From the NCBI GenBank assembly GCA_965116925.1, contig OZ220744.1, forward strand, positions 3,840,001 to 3,904,000: DNA of 64,000 nucleotides. Reading direction: 5' to 3'. Under the pieces are notes generated by a model that worked only from the letters and a program-made list of their open reading frames with translations, was not told the DNA's origin and did no database searches. This DNA is from Candidatus Poribacteria bacterium (GTDB taxonomy: Bacteria; Poribacteria; WGA-4E; PCPOR2b). The translations under genes were made by a program, and so were the position numbers. This document shows, piece after piece, positions 9,031 to 18,441 of this stretch. Every line of letters begins with the position of its first letter. Position 1 is the first letter of the stretch.

Positions 9031-10167
9031 ATGAAAACCTACAAATTCAAACTGTATTCTAATCACGGCAATCGTGATCTGCATAAGACAATAGAAGGAC
9101 ACGCATCTGTCTGGAATCATTGCGTCGCGCTCCAGCGTCGGTATTATGCAATCTACGGCAAATATATCAGCAAGTTTAGACTCATCAATCATGTCTCTAA
9201 ACTGAAACGGTTGCCTCGGTTTGCCCATTGGAATCAGCTGCCGAGCCAATCGATTCAGGACGTAGCAGCACGTCTTGATAAAGCCTACAAAGCGATGTTT
9301 GAAGCGCGTGCTGCGGGTCGGAAATGGGGGCGTCCCCGTTTCAAACCGCGTCAGAAATATAAGTCGTTCACATTACTCCAAGCCGGCTGGAAACTTTTGC
9401 TGGGCAATCAGATCCGTATTGGTAAACGAATCTACCGATACTTCAAATCCCGCGAGATACTTGGCACTCCAAAACGCTGCACTATCAAGCGGGACGCCGT
9501 CGGTGATGTCTATATCTGTGTTTTAACGGACTATGAGGAACCTGACCTGAACCGAGCCATGACGGGTAAAATCGCAGGCTTCGATTTCGGTCTGAAACGG
9601 TATCTCACCGGTCATAACGGGCACGATATAGAATCACCACAGTTTTTCAAGCGGAGCATTAACGCCATCAAACGTGCGAGCCGTAAGCACAGCACCAAGC
9701 GCAAAGGTTCAAAGAACCGAGAACGTGCACGACTGAACCTCGCCCGTAAACACCGCACCATCGACCACCAGCGCAGCGACTTCCATTGGAAACTCGCACA
9801 CCATCTGACCGATGAATATGACGAGATACGACTTGAAGACTTGAACCTACAGGGCATGAAAGCGCTCTGGGGTCGCAAGGTCAGCGATCTCGGCTTTGCT
9901 GATTTCGTTCTGAAGCTGGTGTATATCGCTTCCAAAAAAGGTGTTAAAATCACGTTCATCTATCGGTGGTATCCTTCGAGTCGAACCTGTTCCGCTTGTG
10001 GTGCGGTCAATGATGCGTTGAACCTCCGTGATAGGACGTGGCAGTGTCCGAACTGCCACACGCAGTTGGATAGAGATCGCAATGCTGCGGTCAATATCTA
10101 TCGGGTTGGGGCATCAACCCATGCAGGAGAGGACGTAAGTCCCGGTTCGCCGGGCAATCCTTGTTGA
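9031..10167 (+). CDS. tnpB: RNA-guided endonuclease TnpB
   Basis: 'KTYKFKLY' N-terminus; RuvC-I 'GFDFG', RuvC-II 'LEDLNL', zinc finger CSAC...CPNC, RuvC-III 'DRDRNAAVNI'. Confidence 0.95.
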   Translation: MKTYKFKLYSNHGNRDLHKTIEGHASVWNHCVALQRRYYAIYGKYISKFRLINHVSKLKRLPRFAHWNQLPSQSIQDVAARLDKAYKAMFEARAAGRKWGRPRFKPRQKYKSFTLLQAGWKLLLGNQIRIGKRIYRYFKSREILGTPKRCTIKRDAVGDVYICVLTDYEEPDLNRAMTGKIAGFDFGLKRYLTGHNGHDIESPQFFKRSINAIKRASRKHSTKRKGSKNRERARLNLARKHRTIDHQRSDFHWKLAHHLTDEYDEIRLEDLNLQGMKALWGRKVSDLGFADFVLKLVYIASKKGVKITFIYRWYPSSRTCSACGAVNDALNLRDRTWQCPNCHTQLDRDRNAAVNIYRVGASTHAGEDVSPGSPGNPC

Positions 10168-10258
10168 TAGCACAATTCGATTCCTATCGGAAAGGGACTC
10201 CTAAGAATCCCAATCCTTTAGGTTTGGGAGTATGTCAAAATGAAAACCGTTCTCGCCA
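10100..10258 (+). ncRNA. TnpB omegaRNA (reRNA) scaffold plus 3' guide derived from the flank
   Basis: Overlaps the tnpB 3' end (gggttggggcatcaaccc; cccggttcgccggg hairpins) through the right end; guide would begin at 10239 (aatgaaaaccgttctcgcc). Confidence 0.65.
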
Positions 10259-10327
10259 TCAAACGCAACAAGTAGAATTGTGTTATCGCGGACGATTGCC
10301 GCCCGGGCTACAAGTCGGATTCCTTGT

Positions 10328-10882
10328 CTATTGGCTTTGAATTTGATATTTTCTGACAAGTCTTTCTCCACTATGGATTGAGTTTTCTTTTATTCCATTT
10401 TCTTTAAGGGAAAACCCTAACTTTTCCAAAACCTTCATCGAAGCCATATTATTTTCAGTGGTACTTGCTTGAATTGTTGACAATTCCAAATATTCAAGCC
10501 CAAAATTAACAATGCTCTTGCAGGCTTCGGTTGCAAATCCCATGTTCCAGAATTCGGGGAGAATAGAGTAACCCAGTATCCCCAATTCTCCGTCTTTTCT
10601 CAAGGTGACAATCCCGATAGTTCGAGAGTCCTCCTTTTTCTTAATTAGCAAAGTCATACTGTTTTCGGTAGTTTCCTTCGAGACACAATGAGAAGTCGTC
10701 CGTTTCGCGTCCTCATATCCGAAAGGAAATGGCACTTTTCCTAGATGTTGTGAAACCCTCCAGTCGGAATATAGTTGATGAATGAAATCTACATCACTCA
10801 TTTCAATAATCTTAAAACAGAGGCGATCTGTCTCTACATTCGATAATTGTTCGGCAATATTATAACTTCTTAAAGTTTTCAT
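10328..10882 (-). CDS. RimJ/RimL-type GNAT N-acetyltransferase
   Basis: 'ETDRL', 'LGYSILPEFWNMGFATEA', 'NMASMKVLEKLGF'; visibly AT-richer than neighbours. Confidence 0.85.
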   Translation of the reverse strand: MKTLRSYNIAEQLSNVETDRLCFKIIEMSDVDFIHQLYSDWRVSQHLGKVPFPFGYEDAKRTTSHCVSKETTENSMTLLIKKKEDSRTIGIVTLRKDGELGILGYSILPEFWNMGFATEACKSIVNFGLEYLELSTIQASTTENNMASMKVLEKLGFSLKENGIKENSIHSGERLVRKYQIQSQ

Positions 10883-10942
10883 TCGGTCGCCCTTTGGTTT
10901 TTTACTTCGTTTTTTCTATCATCGCCGGTCTATTTCTCGCGT

Positions 10943-11770
10943 TTAGGCGGTGTCTTCCGTTTTACGAGCAATCGCCATAATATGTGTACTTACACCAATT
11001 ATTGATGGCTCGCTTTCAAGAGAACGGGCAATATTTAGCAGACGCTCACGGCAATTTGGATCAGCCCACTGTTCTTCAAGATTTTGTAGCAGCCAAGCGG
11101 GGCCCTGAATGCCAAATAGACTCTCAAGATCAAATCCCACAGCTTCTATTTCTGATTTGAGTTCCTCGGGCCGGTGAAGGAACGCCGTTGTAAAGTACGC
11201 TGGATGTTCGTTTGGATTCCGGTGCTGCCCATCCCGTAGATCGCGGTCTACAATTTTGATATACTCCGGATCCATGATACCATCTGCCATCCCGCGTAAA
11301 GTTGAAGCATATCGAGAAATAGCAACGGTGAATATGATGCCGCCCTTGCGAAGGATTCGATACGATTCTTGTAATGCCGAGATTCGTTCGTTTCGCTCCG
11401 TCAAATGGTACAATGGTCCCAGCATGAGAACGACATCTACAGAGTTATCTCCCCGATCTAAATGACGGGCATCCCCAACGCAGAGCTCTGCAATCGGATG
11501 GTTGGGTTGGGCTTGTGATGCTGTGGATGCTTGTTCCACATGAAGCGAAACGGGATCCACAAGATGAACCTCATATCCTCCCCTTGCAAGCCAGCAGGCA
11601 TAGTTTCCGGGACCACCGCCCACGTCATATACTACAGCTGGCGTCGCTGGCAGATGGCATGAGATCAGTTCCCGAATACGAGTCTCCTCAAGTTGTCCTC
11701 CACTTGATGAAAGCCGTTGAATTTCATCTCCCCGCTCATAATAAGCTACGATGCTGTTTAGCTTGCACAT
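10943..11770 (-). CDS. Class I SAM-dependent methyltransferase
   Basis: 'VYDVGGGPGNYA', 'VGDAR', 'DVVLMLGPLYHL'. Confidence 0.9.
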   Translation of the reverse strand: MCKLNSIVAYYERGDEIQRLSSSGGQLEETRIRELISCHLPATPAVVYDVGGGPGNYACWLARGGYEVHLVDPVSLHVEQASTASQAQPNHPIAELCVGDARHLDRGDNSVDVVLMLGPLYHLTERNERISALQESYRILRKGGIIFTVAISRYASTLRGMADGIMDPEYIKIVDRDLRDGQHRNPNEHPAYFTTAFLHRPEELKSEIEAVGFDLESLFGIQGPAWLLQNLEEQWADPNCRERLLNIARSLESEPSIIGVSTHIMAIARKTEDTA

Positions 11771-11826
11771 GTGAGGAAACCTCTTGATACTGAGTTACAC
11801 CTTAAAAATGTCGGTCACTCGAAATA

Positions 11827-12416
11827 ATAGGACTTACGCAGTTGAACGGTAAAATCCAACCCCTTCCGCTACGCGGAACCTATACCTCCATTTCAATGCT
11901 TCACCGACACGATTCGGCAATTTGGCAGGGCACTGGCAGGTCCAAAAAAATATTTCAACGTTACATCGGGGGTTCATTTTTGGTGGATGCCCCTCTGAAC
12001 CCCGATGGGGCCTAGCTTCAGAGCATTTGTAGATTTTTACCACGTAAGAGAAGGTGCATGTAAACGGCTTTTTGACCTGCCAAATACGCACTGTTTATGA
12101 ACCGTTTTTCACTCAAATGGCACCATAACCGTGCCAAATGTCAGGGATTTGGCAGGTCCCTGACAGGTCAAAGCTCTGAAGTGCGTAAGTCTTGTTATAG
12201 CAGAAATTTACTTCTGAGATTCATCGGACATTTGGAGATTTTTCATTTAAACTAGGAGTTACGAACTTCAGTAGTGAACGCAGATCTGCGTTCCCTACGG
12301 ACTCCTTATGGAGCCTCTGCTGTAGTTGCCCGATTCATCGGGCGTTGGAGATAGTGTCTTGCGGCGATAAATCGCCGAACTACAGGTATCTAAGTGTTCA
12401 ACTGCGTAAGTCCTAT
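11827..12416. mobile_element. Pair of inverted MITE family B elements (AGGACTTACGCA ends) forming a composite with 21-bp perfect outer TIRs
   Basis: ataggacttacgcagttgaac (11827-47) is the exact reverse complement of 12396-12416; inner ends at ~12176-12194 and 12253-12271. Confidence 0.75.
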
Positions 12417-12637
12417 AAACTATAGTGGTAGAACGCTTTGCAGTCTTAATTTTTTAACGCACACTTCGCTATATTCTTCAATTTATTTTTAATTCGGCAC
12501 GGTTTTCTACTTTCTAAGTGGGTAGATGGTGGGTGAGGAATTGAGTATTCGTTGGCAGGGAAAAAGGACATTTGATATAATACTTGGCAGTTACGTTGCC
12601 TCACCCAAAATCAAGTGAATAAAGGAGAAAAATTGAT

Positions 12638-13051
12638 ATGGCAGATGGATTTAACGCACCGGGTGTCGTCAAGCCCTTTGGGATTTTTTCGGGTGCTGCT
12701 TGGCAGCCGGAGGGCAAGGTTTTGCATATTTCTGGGCATGTTGCACAGGACCCTGACGGCAACACGGTCGGGGTAGATGATATTCGTGCTCAGACCCGGC
12801 AGACGTTGATAAACATTCAGACCGTCCTATCGAGCGTCGGAGGAGAGATGTCGGATATCGCCAAGGTTACCGTCTTCGTGACCGATATGTCTACACTCGC
12901 CGATATCCACGCAGTACGCGCTGAGTTCTTCGATCCACCATACCCCGCTAGCACGTTGGTTGAAGTAAGCCGTTTGGTCAATCCTGAGTGGCTGATTGAG
13001 ATTGAAGCGGTGGCGGTAATCCCGTTTGACCGAGTTAAAAATTCCGTATAA
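12638..13051 (+). CDS. RidA/YjgF family protein
   Basis: 'HISGHVA', 'QTRQTLINI', 'KVTVFVTD', 'PASTLVEVSRL...LIEIEAVA'. Confidence 0.9.
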   Translation: MADGFNAPGVVKPFGIFSGAAWQPEGKVLHISGHVAQDPDGNTVGVDDIRAQTRQTLINIQTVLSSVGGEMSDIAKVTVFVTDMSTLADIHAVRAEFFDPPYPASTLVEVSRLVNPEWLIEIEAVAVIPFDRVKNSV

Positions 13052-13102
13052 GGCAAAGTGCCGGGGCGGTGTCTTCCAACCCCGGCGAAAGTTGGGAGGA
13101 TT

Positions 13103-13380
13103 TATAGTAGATCTCAGAATTAATGAAACACTCCAAATCGGCGCAGTTGGATGAAAATTAAAAAAACAGTTCGGTAATTTGCTAGCGACGCCGGCGCGGT
13201 TGAATGAAGATAAAAAAATAATTCGGTAATTTGCTAGTGACACCGGCGCGGTTGAAAACCACGCCTACCATACGTTTCGAGGAAAACCGGGATTACCGAT
13301 TTAAATACTTAAACTTCATCACACCGCGCCTACCGAACATGGGGAGCGAAAGTGTCTACTTATTTTTAGAATTCACTATA
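13103..13380. mobile_element. MITE family A copy with nested family C element(s) (13151-13319)
   Basis: Same ends as the 4358 copy; insert ATGAA...TTCAT in the REP loop, with a duplicated left arm at 13151 and 13204. Confidence 0.8.
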
Positions 13381-13394
13381 ATTGCCACCTCTTA

Positions 13395-14687
13395 TCAAGC
13401 CGCAGCATGAATACTCGCGCGTGTGCCCTCCACGTCAAAACAAGCGAACTGATTGTCTCGCATCAGGCGTGTGGCAATCTGCATCGCCTGTTTTTCGGTC
13501 ATATAGCCGTCCGCAATCTCCCCCTCAAGGGCGCGGCGAATCTCGTTACGCGCTTGAATCGCGTAAGCCATTGAGCTGGTGGGCCATCCTGTATCTCCAC
13601 CGAAAGCGAATATTTTATTCGATGGGACCGCGTGTATGAATCGACGCAGGAAGTCGCGGGAGCTATACGGATCTATGCTCCACGCCCAACACAAATCGAC
13701 CCAGATGTTGCGATAGTGCTTTGCTAGGGCGACAAGCTCATCGTTGTAGGGGTAGGCGATGTGCATCAGGACAAATTTAGCATCCAAGTAGCGGGCAAAG
13801 AGATCGCACATATTTCCGGCAGGGATCCGACTTACCGGCATTCGGTCATTTCCTGCGTAGTAGCCTGTGTGAATTTTGAATGGAAGGTTATGTTCGATCG
13901 ACAACTCAACTCCTCGCGCCCAACACCAATCGCCCAAGCAGAGATAGGTTTCGACGCTAAGCTCCTCCGCGGGTTGGTTTAGCACTTGGGAGAGTGCCGC
14001 TGATGCCTCAACATCGTTCCGTTCGATCCAATTGAGGGTTCGGTTGTAAGCGTGCTGTGCCTTCACAGCAATAGCGCATGGTCCATGCTTCGCGAAAATT
14101 GCCTCCATCCCCTGCTTGAGTGTGCGGAGATCCTTCACTTCAACGCCTGTCTCGGCGTGGATCTGTTCCGTGTCGATCTGCCCGTTACAAAAGCCAGCCC
14201 ATGAGAGGTCATAGAGAAAGAAGTCCAGCCCGGAATGATCGGGTAAACAGGGCCAACTGAAATCATCAGTCTGCACATGATCGAGGTTCGCTACATCGTG
14301 CAGCAGGCGATAACGTTCACCGGGCTTGCGCAGTGCTTTAATTTTCTCACCCGCTGATTCTAGGGCTTCTCCGGTGAGTTCATCAATCCCGTAGACATGC
14401 TCTGCAATGAGTCGCACCGCCTCGCCGTATCCGGTGAACTGCGTCGCTTCCCACGCCTCTTGAATACCTTTGAAACGCCCGGCAATATCTGAGTCTGAAG
14501 CATCCATCAGGCGTTGCATCGAGTCGGGCGATGCGCCCGCCGTGTTGAGGTCTGCGGGAACGTAATTTCCAAACAGGTCTTGTAAGATGTCGGGACCGTC
14601 TTCTAGCCAATCTGGTTCCTTTCGTAGGTGTTCGTGTGTGTCAACCAGAGGGGTCGCTTCGATGTGGTGTGCAAGGTCTGTCGGCAT
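13395..14687 (-). CDS. Amidohydrolase-superfamily protein (uronate isomerase-like)
   Basis: 'VDTHEHL', 'FKIHTG', 'VLMH', 'FAFGGD'. Confidence 0.8.
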   Translation of the reverse strand: MPTDLAHHIEATPLVDTHEHLRKEPDWLEDGPDILQDLFGNYVPADLNTAGASPDSMQRLMDASDSDIAGRFKGIQEAWEATQFTGYGEAVRLIAEHVYGIDELTGEALESAGEKIKALRKPGERYRLLHDVANLDHVQTDDFSWPCLPDHSGLDFFLYDLSWAGFCNGQIDTEQIHAETGVEVKDLRTLKQGMEAIFAKHGPCAIAVKAQHAYNRTLNWIERNDVEASAALSQVLNQPAEELSVETYLCLGDWCWARGVELSIEHNLPFKIHTGYYAGNDRMPVSRIPAGNMCDLFARYLDAKFVLMHIAYPYNDELVALAKHYRNIWVDLCWAWSIDPYSSRDFLRRFIHAVPSNKIFAFGGDTGWPTSSMAYAIQARNEIRRALEGEIADGYMTEKQAMQIATRLMRDNQFACFDVEGTRASIHAAA

Positions 14688-14805
14688 ATTTCTTATCCTT
14701 TCTGATTTTGAATCGTGATATAATCATCTTAAAGTTCGGCATTAATTGTTAGTTTAACAGAGCCTAGGGTTTTACTCAAGAATTTTATGGAAGGACGTGT
14801 GAGTT

Positions 14806-15624
14806 ATGGGTAAGAAAACACCGCAGACGCAGGCTGCGACGATGGAGGTTGGATTGCTTATTGGAAGCCTAGATCAGTTGGAAGATGTTGCGGCGTGGGG
14901 TTATGACTACGCCGAAATCTCTCCCGGCCTCCTTGGAATTGATGAGGACGCTGGTACAATCGAACAAAAGGCACTTGAACAGATTCAGGCGTCGCCGGTG
15001 CCTGTTACAGCGATGTGTGGCTTTTTGGGTCGGTCAAAAGTGGTCGGACCGGAGGTTGACAACGCACGAGTGCGTGACTATGTGATACGTCTGTTTGATG
15101 CGATGCAGCAAGCTGAAATCCCAGTAATCGGTTACGGCAGCGGTGGATCTCGCTTTGTCCCCGACGGATTTTCTGGTGAACGGGCATTGGAACAGGTGAA
15201 CGACTTCCTCCAGATGTGCGCCGACTTGGGCGAACCTCGTGGGGTACAGGTCGCCCTTGAACCGTATAATTACGACGATGCAAACCTCATCAATACGGTT
15301 CCAGAAGGGGTTGAAATGGTTCGGCAGGTCAACCGCCCCGCCATCCAGTTGATGGCGGATTTCTTTCACATGCGACTGAACGGCGAGTCATTCGATACGC
15401 TTGCAGAAGCGGGTCTATACCTGATCCACGCACATATTGCTGAACCGGGTCGAGGCCGTCCGCAGACAACCCCGGCAGAACACGCAGCATACCTGCAAGC
15501 GTTGTGTGAGGCTGGATACTACGGACGTGTAACGCAGACCGGCGAGTTACCCACTTACGATTCGCTTGCAGAAGCTGCTGCAACACTCAAACGATTCGCG
15601 CGTGCAGGAGGGGAGAAACAGTGA
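14806..15624 (+). CDS. Sugar phosphate isomerase/epimerase (xylose isomerase-like TIM barrel)
   Basis: 'ALEPYN', 'ADFFHM', 'HAHIAE' metal-binding motifs. Confidence 0.85.
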   Translation: MGKKTPQTQAATMEVGLLIGSLDQLEDVAAWGYDYAEISPGLLGIDEDAGTIEQKALEQIQASPVPVTAMCGFLGRSKVVGPEVDNARVRDYVIRLFDAMQQAEIPVIGYGSGGSRFVPDGFSGERALEQVNDFLQMCADLGEPRGVQVALEPYNYDDANLINTVPEGVEMVRQVNRPAIQLMADFFHMRLNGESFDTLAEAGLYLIHAHIAEPGRGRPQTTPAEHAAYLQALCEAGYYGRVTQTGELPTYDSLAEAAATLKRFARAGGEKQ

Positions 15625-16319
15625 CCGCACCGACTTTCCACTACAGTCGCATCGTTGATCTTTCACGTCCGCTGGTTCCGAGTAAGGGGCAGCATCCGTG
15701 GGTCCGGTATGAGACACAGATTGACAGCATCGTCAGCGATCCCGAAACCGCTCCGGCGTCAGGTCGCTGGTACGTGGTGACACAGATTGGGCTGAGCGGT
15801 CATGCGGGAACTCACGTTGAGGCACCCTTGCACGCGGTCGAGAATGGTGCTGCAGTTGGTGAGCTACCAGTTGAGCAGTTCTTCGGTGAGGCGGCTATCT
15901 TGGACCTCAGCGACGTGCCTTGGTCAATGCCCATTGAGCGTCCACGTCTTGAGGAGGCAGCAGCGCAAGCCGGAGGAATCCAAGCGGGTGACATCGTTTT
16001 TATCTATTTCGGTTGGGATCGTCGTGCTGCGGTTGAAGGCGGGGGACCGCCCTATCCCACGCCTGACGCGCTCCGATGGTTGGTGGATCCGGGGGTAAAA
16101 CTACTCGGCATAGACAGTCCCGGACTTGAGGTGCCGGGCAGCCGCGAACTGATTAACCACCACATTTTATTCGACCGGGGAATCCCGTTAATCGAGAGTC
16201 TCGCACATCTGGAAGATCTCCGCGAGAATCGTGTGTACGTTTTTGCACAGCCGTTGCCCGCCCTTGGCGCGGATGCCATTCCGCTGCGTGTGCTGGCATT
16301 TGAGGGGACTTCCGATTAA
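15621..16319 (+). CDS. Cyclase family protein (kynurenine formamidase-like)
   Basis: 'VDLSRPL', 'HAGTHVEAPLH', 'GIDSPG', 'IESL'. Confidence 0.9.
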   Translation: MTAPTFHYSRIVDLSRPLVPSKGQHPWVRYETQIDSIVSDPETAPASGRWYVVTQIGLSGHAGTHVEAPLHAVENGAAVGELPVEQFFGEAAILDLSDVPWSMPIERPRLEEAAAQAGGIQAGDIVFIYFGWDRRAAVEGGGPPYPTPDALRWLVDPGVKLLGIDSPGLEVPGSRELINHHILFDRGIPLIESLAHLEDLRENRVYVFAQPLPALGADAIPLRVLAFEGTSD

Positions 16320-16327
16320 TGCGATAA

Positions 16328-17137
16328 TCAAAAAATCTGCATAATTGGCTGTCCCTCCCAATCTTCGGACAATGGCAGATCGAGAACATGAGCGAGCGTC
16401 GGGGCAGTGTCAAAGATTCGCACTGGTTCTTTGATCTCGCCGGTCTGCTTGATCTTCGGTCCAGCTGCTATCCACGGAATTGTCAAATCTTCTGGTAGGT
16501 CCGTTCCATGACTCTTTCCGTGCCCACCGTGGTCGCTCTGAACAAGGATAAAGTAGCGTTCCAGCAGGTTTGCCTTTTCGAGTGCTTTGAGCAGAATCCC
16601 GATTGCTTGATCTGCAATGCCAATCTGTTGAATATATTCCTCAGACATCCAAGCATGTCGATGTCCTACAATATCTACCACCCCTAAATAGACGAAGCAG
16701 AAATCCGGTTGTTCGGCGGTCAGGTGTTCCGCTGCGATCTGTGCTATCGTTAGATCACCCTCCGGATCGTCAAGATTCTCCCTAAAATAGGAGAAATCGA
16801 GTGAACCCGGTGCTGCCAAATCTCGGAGCTGCTCCCAGTTATAGATAAACGCCGTCGTTTTTTTCATTGCATGAGCGGCCTCAACGATACTCGGCACCGG
16901 GCGCACCATCGGGACCCATGTATTGGTTGTGATACCGTGCCGTGATGGCGTTACGCCCCGAAACATGGAGGTGTGGCACGGCAGTGTAGACGATGGAACA
17001 ACGCTCTGTGCATTGAAAGTGTAAGCCCCCCGTGCAATCAGGGTATCAATGTTTGGCGTATTCGCCTGCTGGATGCCATCGGGACGGCAACCATCAATGA
17101 CAATGAGGATTGTGCCGTAGCTTGAAGAGTTTTGCAT
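16328..17137 (-). CDS. Alkaline phosphatase superfamily / nucleotide pyrophosphatase-phosphodiesterase
   Basis: 'IVIDGCRPD', 'STLPCHTSMF', 'DIVGH', 'SDHGG'. Confidence 0.85.
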   Translation of the reverse strand: MQNSSSYGTILIVIDGCRPDGIQQANTPNIDTLIARGAYTFNAQSVVPSSTLPCHTSMFRGVTPSRHGITTNTWVPMVRPVPSIVEAAHAMKKTTAFIYNWEQLRDLAAPGSLDFSYFRENLDDPEGDLTIAQIAAEHLTAEQPDFCFVYLGVVDIVGHRHAWMSEEYIQQIGIADQAIGILLKALEKANLLERYFILVQSDHGGHGKSHGTDLPEDLTIPWIAAGPKIKQTGEIKEPVRIFDTAPTLAHVLDLPLSEDWEGQPIMQIF

Positions 17138-17284
17138 AAAATTTCCTCTCAATCGTATGGAATGAGTTTGACCGGTGCATAGCGGAATATGGATAAATTT
17201 TGGATCAACAGCGTCTATGATACCCTATCGTGACACCGTGCACAAGTGGAAATTCCTATCGTCAATCCAATCAATTCAAAGTGC

Positions 17285-17313
17285 TTGACACAGTACGGAT
17301 TTCTGAGTATAGT
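17285..17313 (+). promoter_or_regulatory. sigma70 promoter
   Basis: TTGACA-17nt-TATAGT upstream of 17397. Confidence 0.6.
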
Positions 17314-17396
17314 TAGAGCGCATTAACCCTTGGCGTAAGAAATTATAGATCCCGATCTGATCGGGACGAACCCGTAAGGAAAATTTGGAGAGAAAA

Positions 17397-18404
17397 ATGG
17401 CAAAAATACGAATGGCTCAGTATGGAACGAAACATGGACACGCCTCCGGCAAATTGCAGGCGATGCAGGTAAACGATGATGTCGAAATCGCAGGGGTTTT
17501 TGAACCTGACCCGCAGCAGCGCGCCTCGCTTGAAGGATCGGGTAGCACTGCTTTTGAGGGTGTTCACTGGTTCGACGACAAGAGCGAGATGTTAGAGGAT
17601 GAGAGCATTGTGGCGATTTCCTCCGAGGGTCTCAACGCGGAAAGTCTCGATCAGACCGAGGAGATTGTCGCTGCTGGCAAGCACGTCTGGTACGATAAAC
17701 CTGCCGGCGATAACTGGACGCAATGGCAGCAGGTAGTAGCGGCTGCGGAGGCCAGGGGGCTGCTCATTCAGATGGGCTATATGCTGCGCTATCATTCTGC
17801 TTTCAAGCAGGTTGCTAGCTGGGCAAAGTCCGGCTTTTTGGGCGATGTGTTTGCTGTGCGTGCCCATATGTCCACAAATATAACTGAAGATGCCCGAACT
17901 CGGATCAGCAACACGCATCAGGGCGGCATCTTTTTTGATTTGGGCGGTCACATGCTCGACCAAGTGGTCTGGATTTTGGGCCGTCCGGTGAAGGTGACTT
18001 CATTCTTACGGAACGACGCAGGCTCAGTATCGGCGTTTCAGGATAATACCTTGGGAGTCTTTGAGTTTGAAAACGCCCTTGCTTTTATCGACATCGCCGC
18101 GATGGAAACCCAACCAGCGGCGCGTCGTTTTGAGGTGTACGGCAGTCAGGGGAGCGCGATCATTGTTGAACCCTTTGAACCCGGTCTGCAAATTCGCCTC
18201 TGTTTGGCGGAAGCGAAAGATGGCTACCAAGAAGGTGAGCAGTTTGTAAAGATCGATGGGGAGAGCCGTCAAAGAACCTATGAACTGGAATTAGACGCCT
18301 TTATAGCAACCATTGAGGGAAAGCAGCCCCCGGATCGACCGATGTCACATGAACTGCTTGTGCAGGAAACGCTGCTGCGCGCAACTGGGGGAATTTCGAG
18401 CTAA
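17397..18404 (+). CDS. Gfo/Idh/MocA family oxidoreductase
   Basis: 'GKHVWYDKP', 'GYMLRY', 'GGIFFDLGGHMLD'. Confidence 0.9.
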   Translation: MAKIRMAQYGTKHGHASGKLQAMQVNDDVEIAGVFEPDPQQRASLEGSGSTAFEGVHWFDDKSEMLEDESIVAISSEGLNAESLDQTEEIVAAGKHVWYDKPAGDNWTQWQQVVAAAEARGLLIQMGYMLRYHSAFKQVASWAKSGFLGDVFAVRAHMSTNITEDARTRISNTHQGGIFFDLGGHMLDQVVWILGRPVKVTSFLRNDAGSVSAFQDNTLGVFEFENALAFIDIAAMETQPAARRFEVYGSQGSAIIVEPFEPGLQIRLCLAEAKDGYQEGEQFVKIDGESRQRTYELELDAFIATIEGKQPPDRPMSHELLVQETLLRATGGISS

Positions 18405-18441
18405 ATCAAAGGTGCTGCTCTGTCCAACAAGAGAGGGTATT

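Larger units (their letters stand above)
8835..10238 (+). mobile_element. Non-autonomous IS200/IS605-family (IS1341-like) element carrying tnpB only
   Basis: Left end after TTAT with subterminal hairpin gtatcccaagcatttatgcttgggatac; right-end hairpin tcccaatcctttaggtttggga ending GTCAA at 10238; no tnpA. Confidence 0.75.

Noticed and set aside
9031..10167. Nuclease-dead TnpB (TldR) or Cas12f with an array
   Set aside because: The D/E/D catalytic residues are intact, IS ends are present, and there is no CRISPR array
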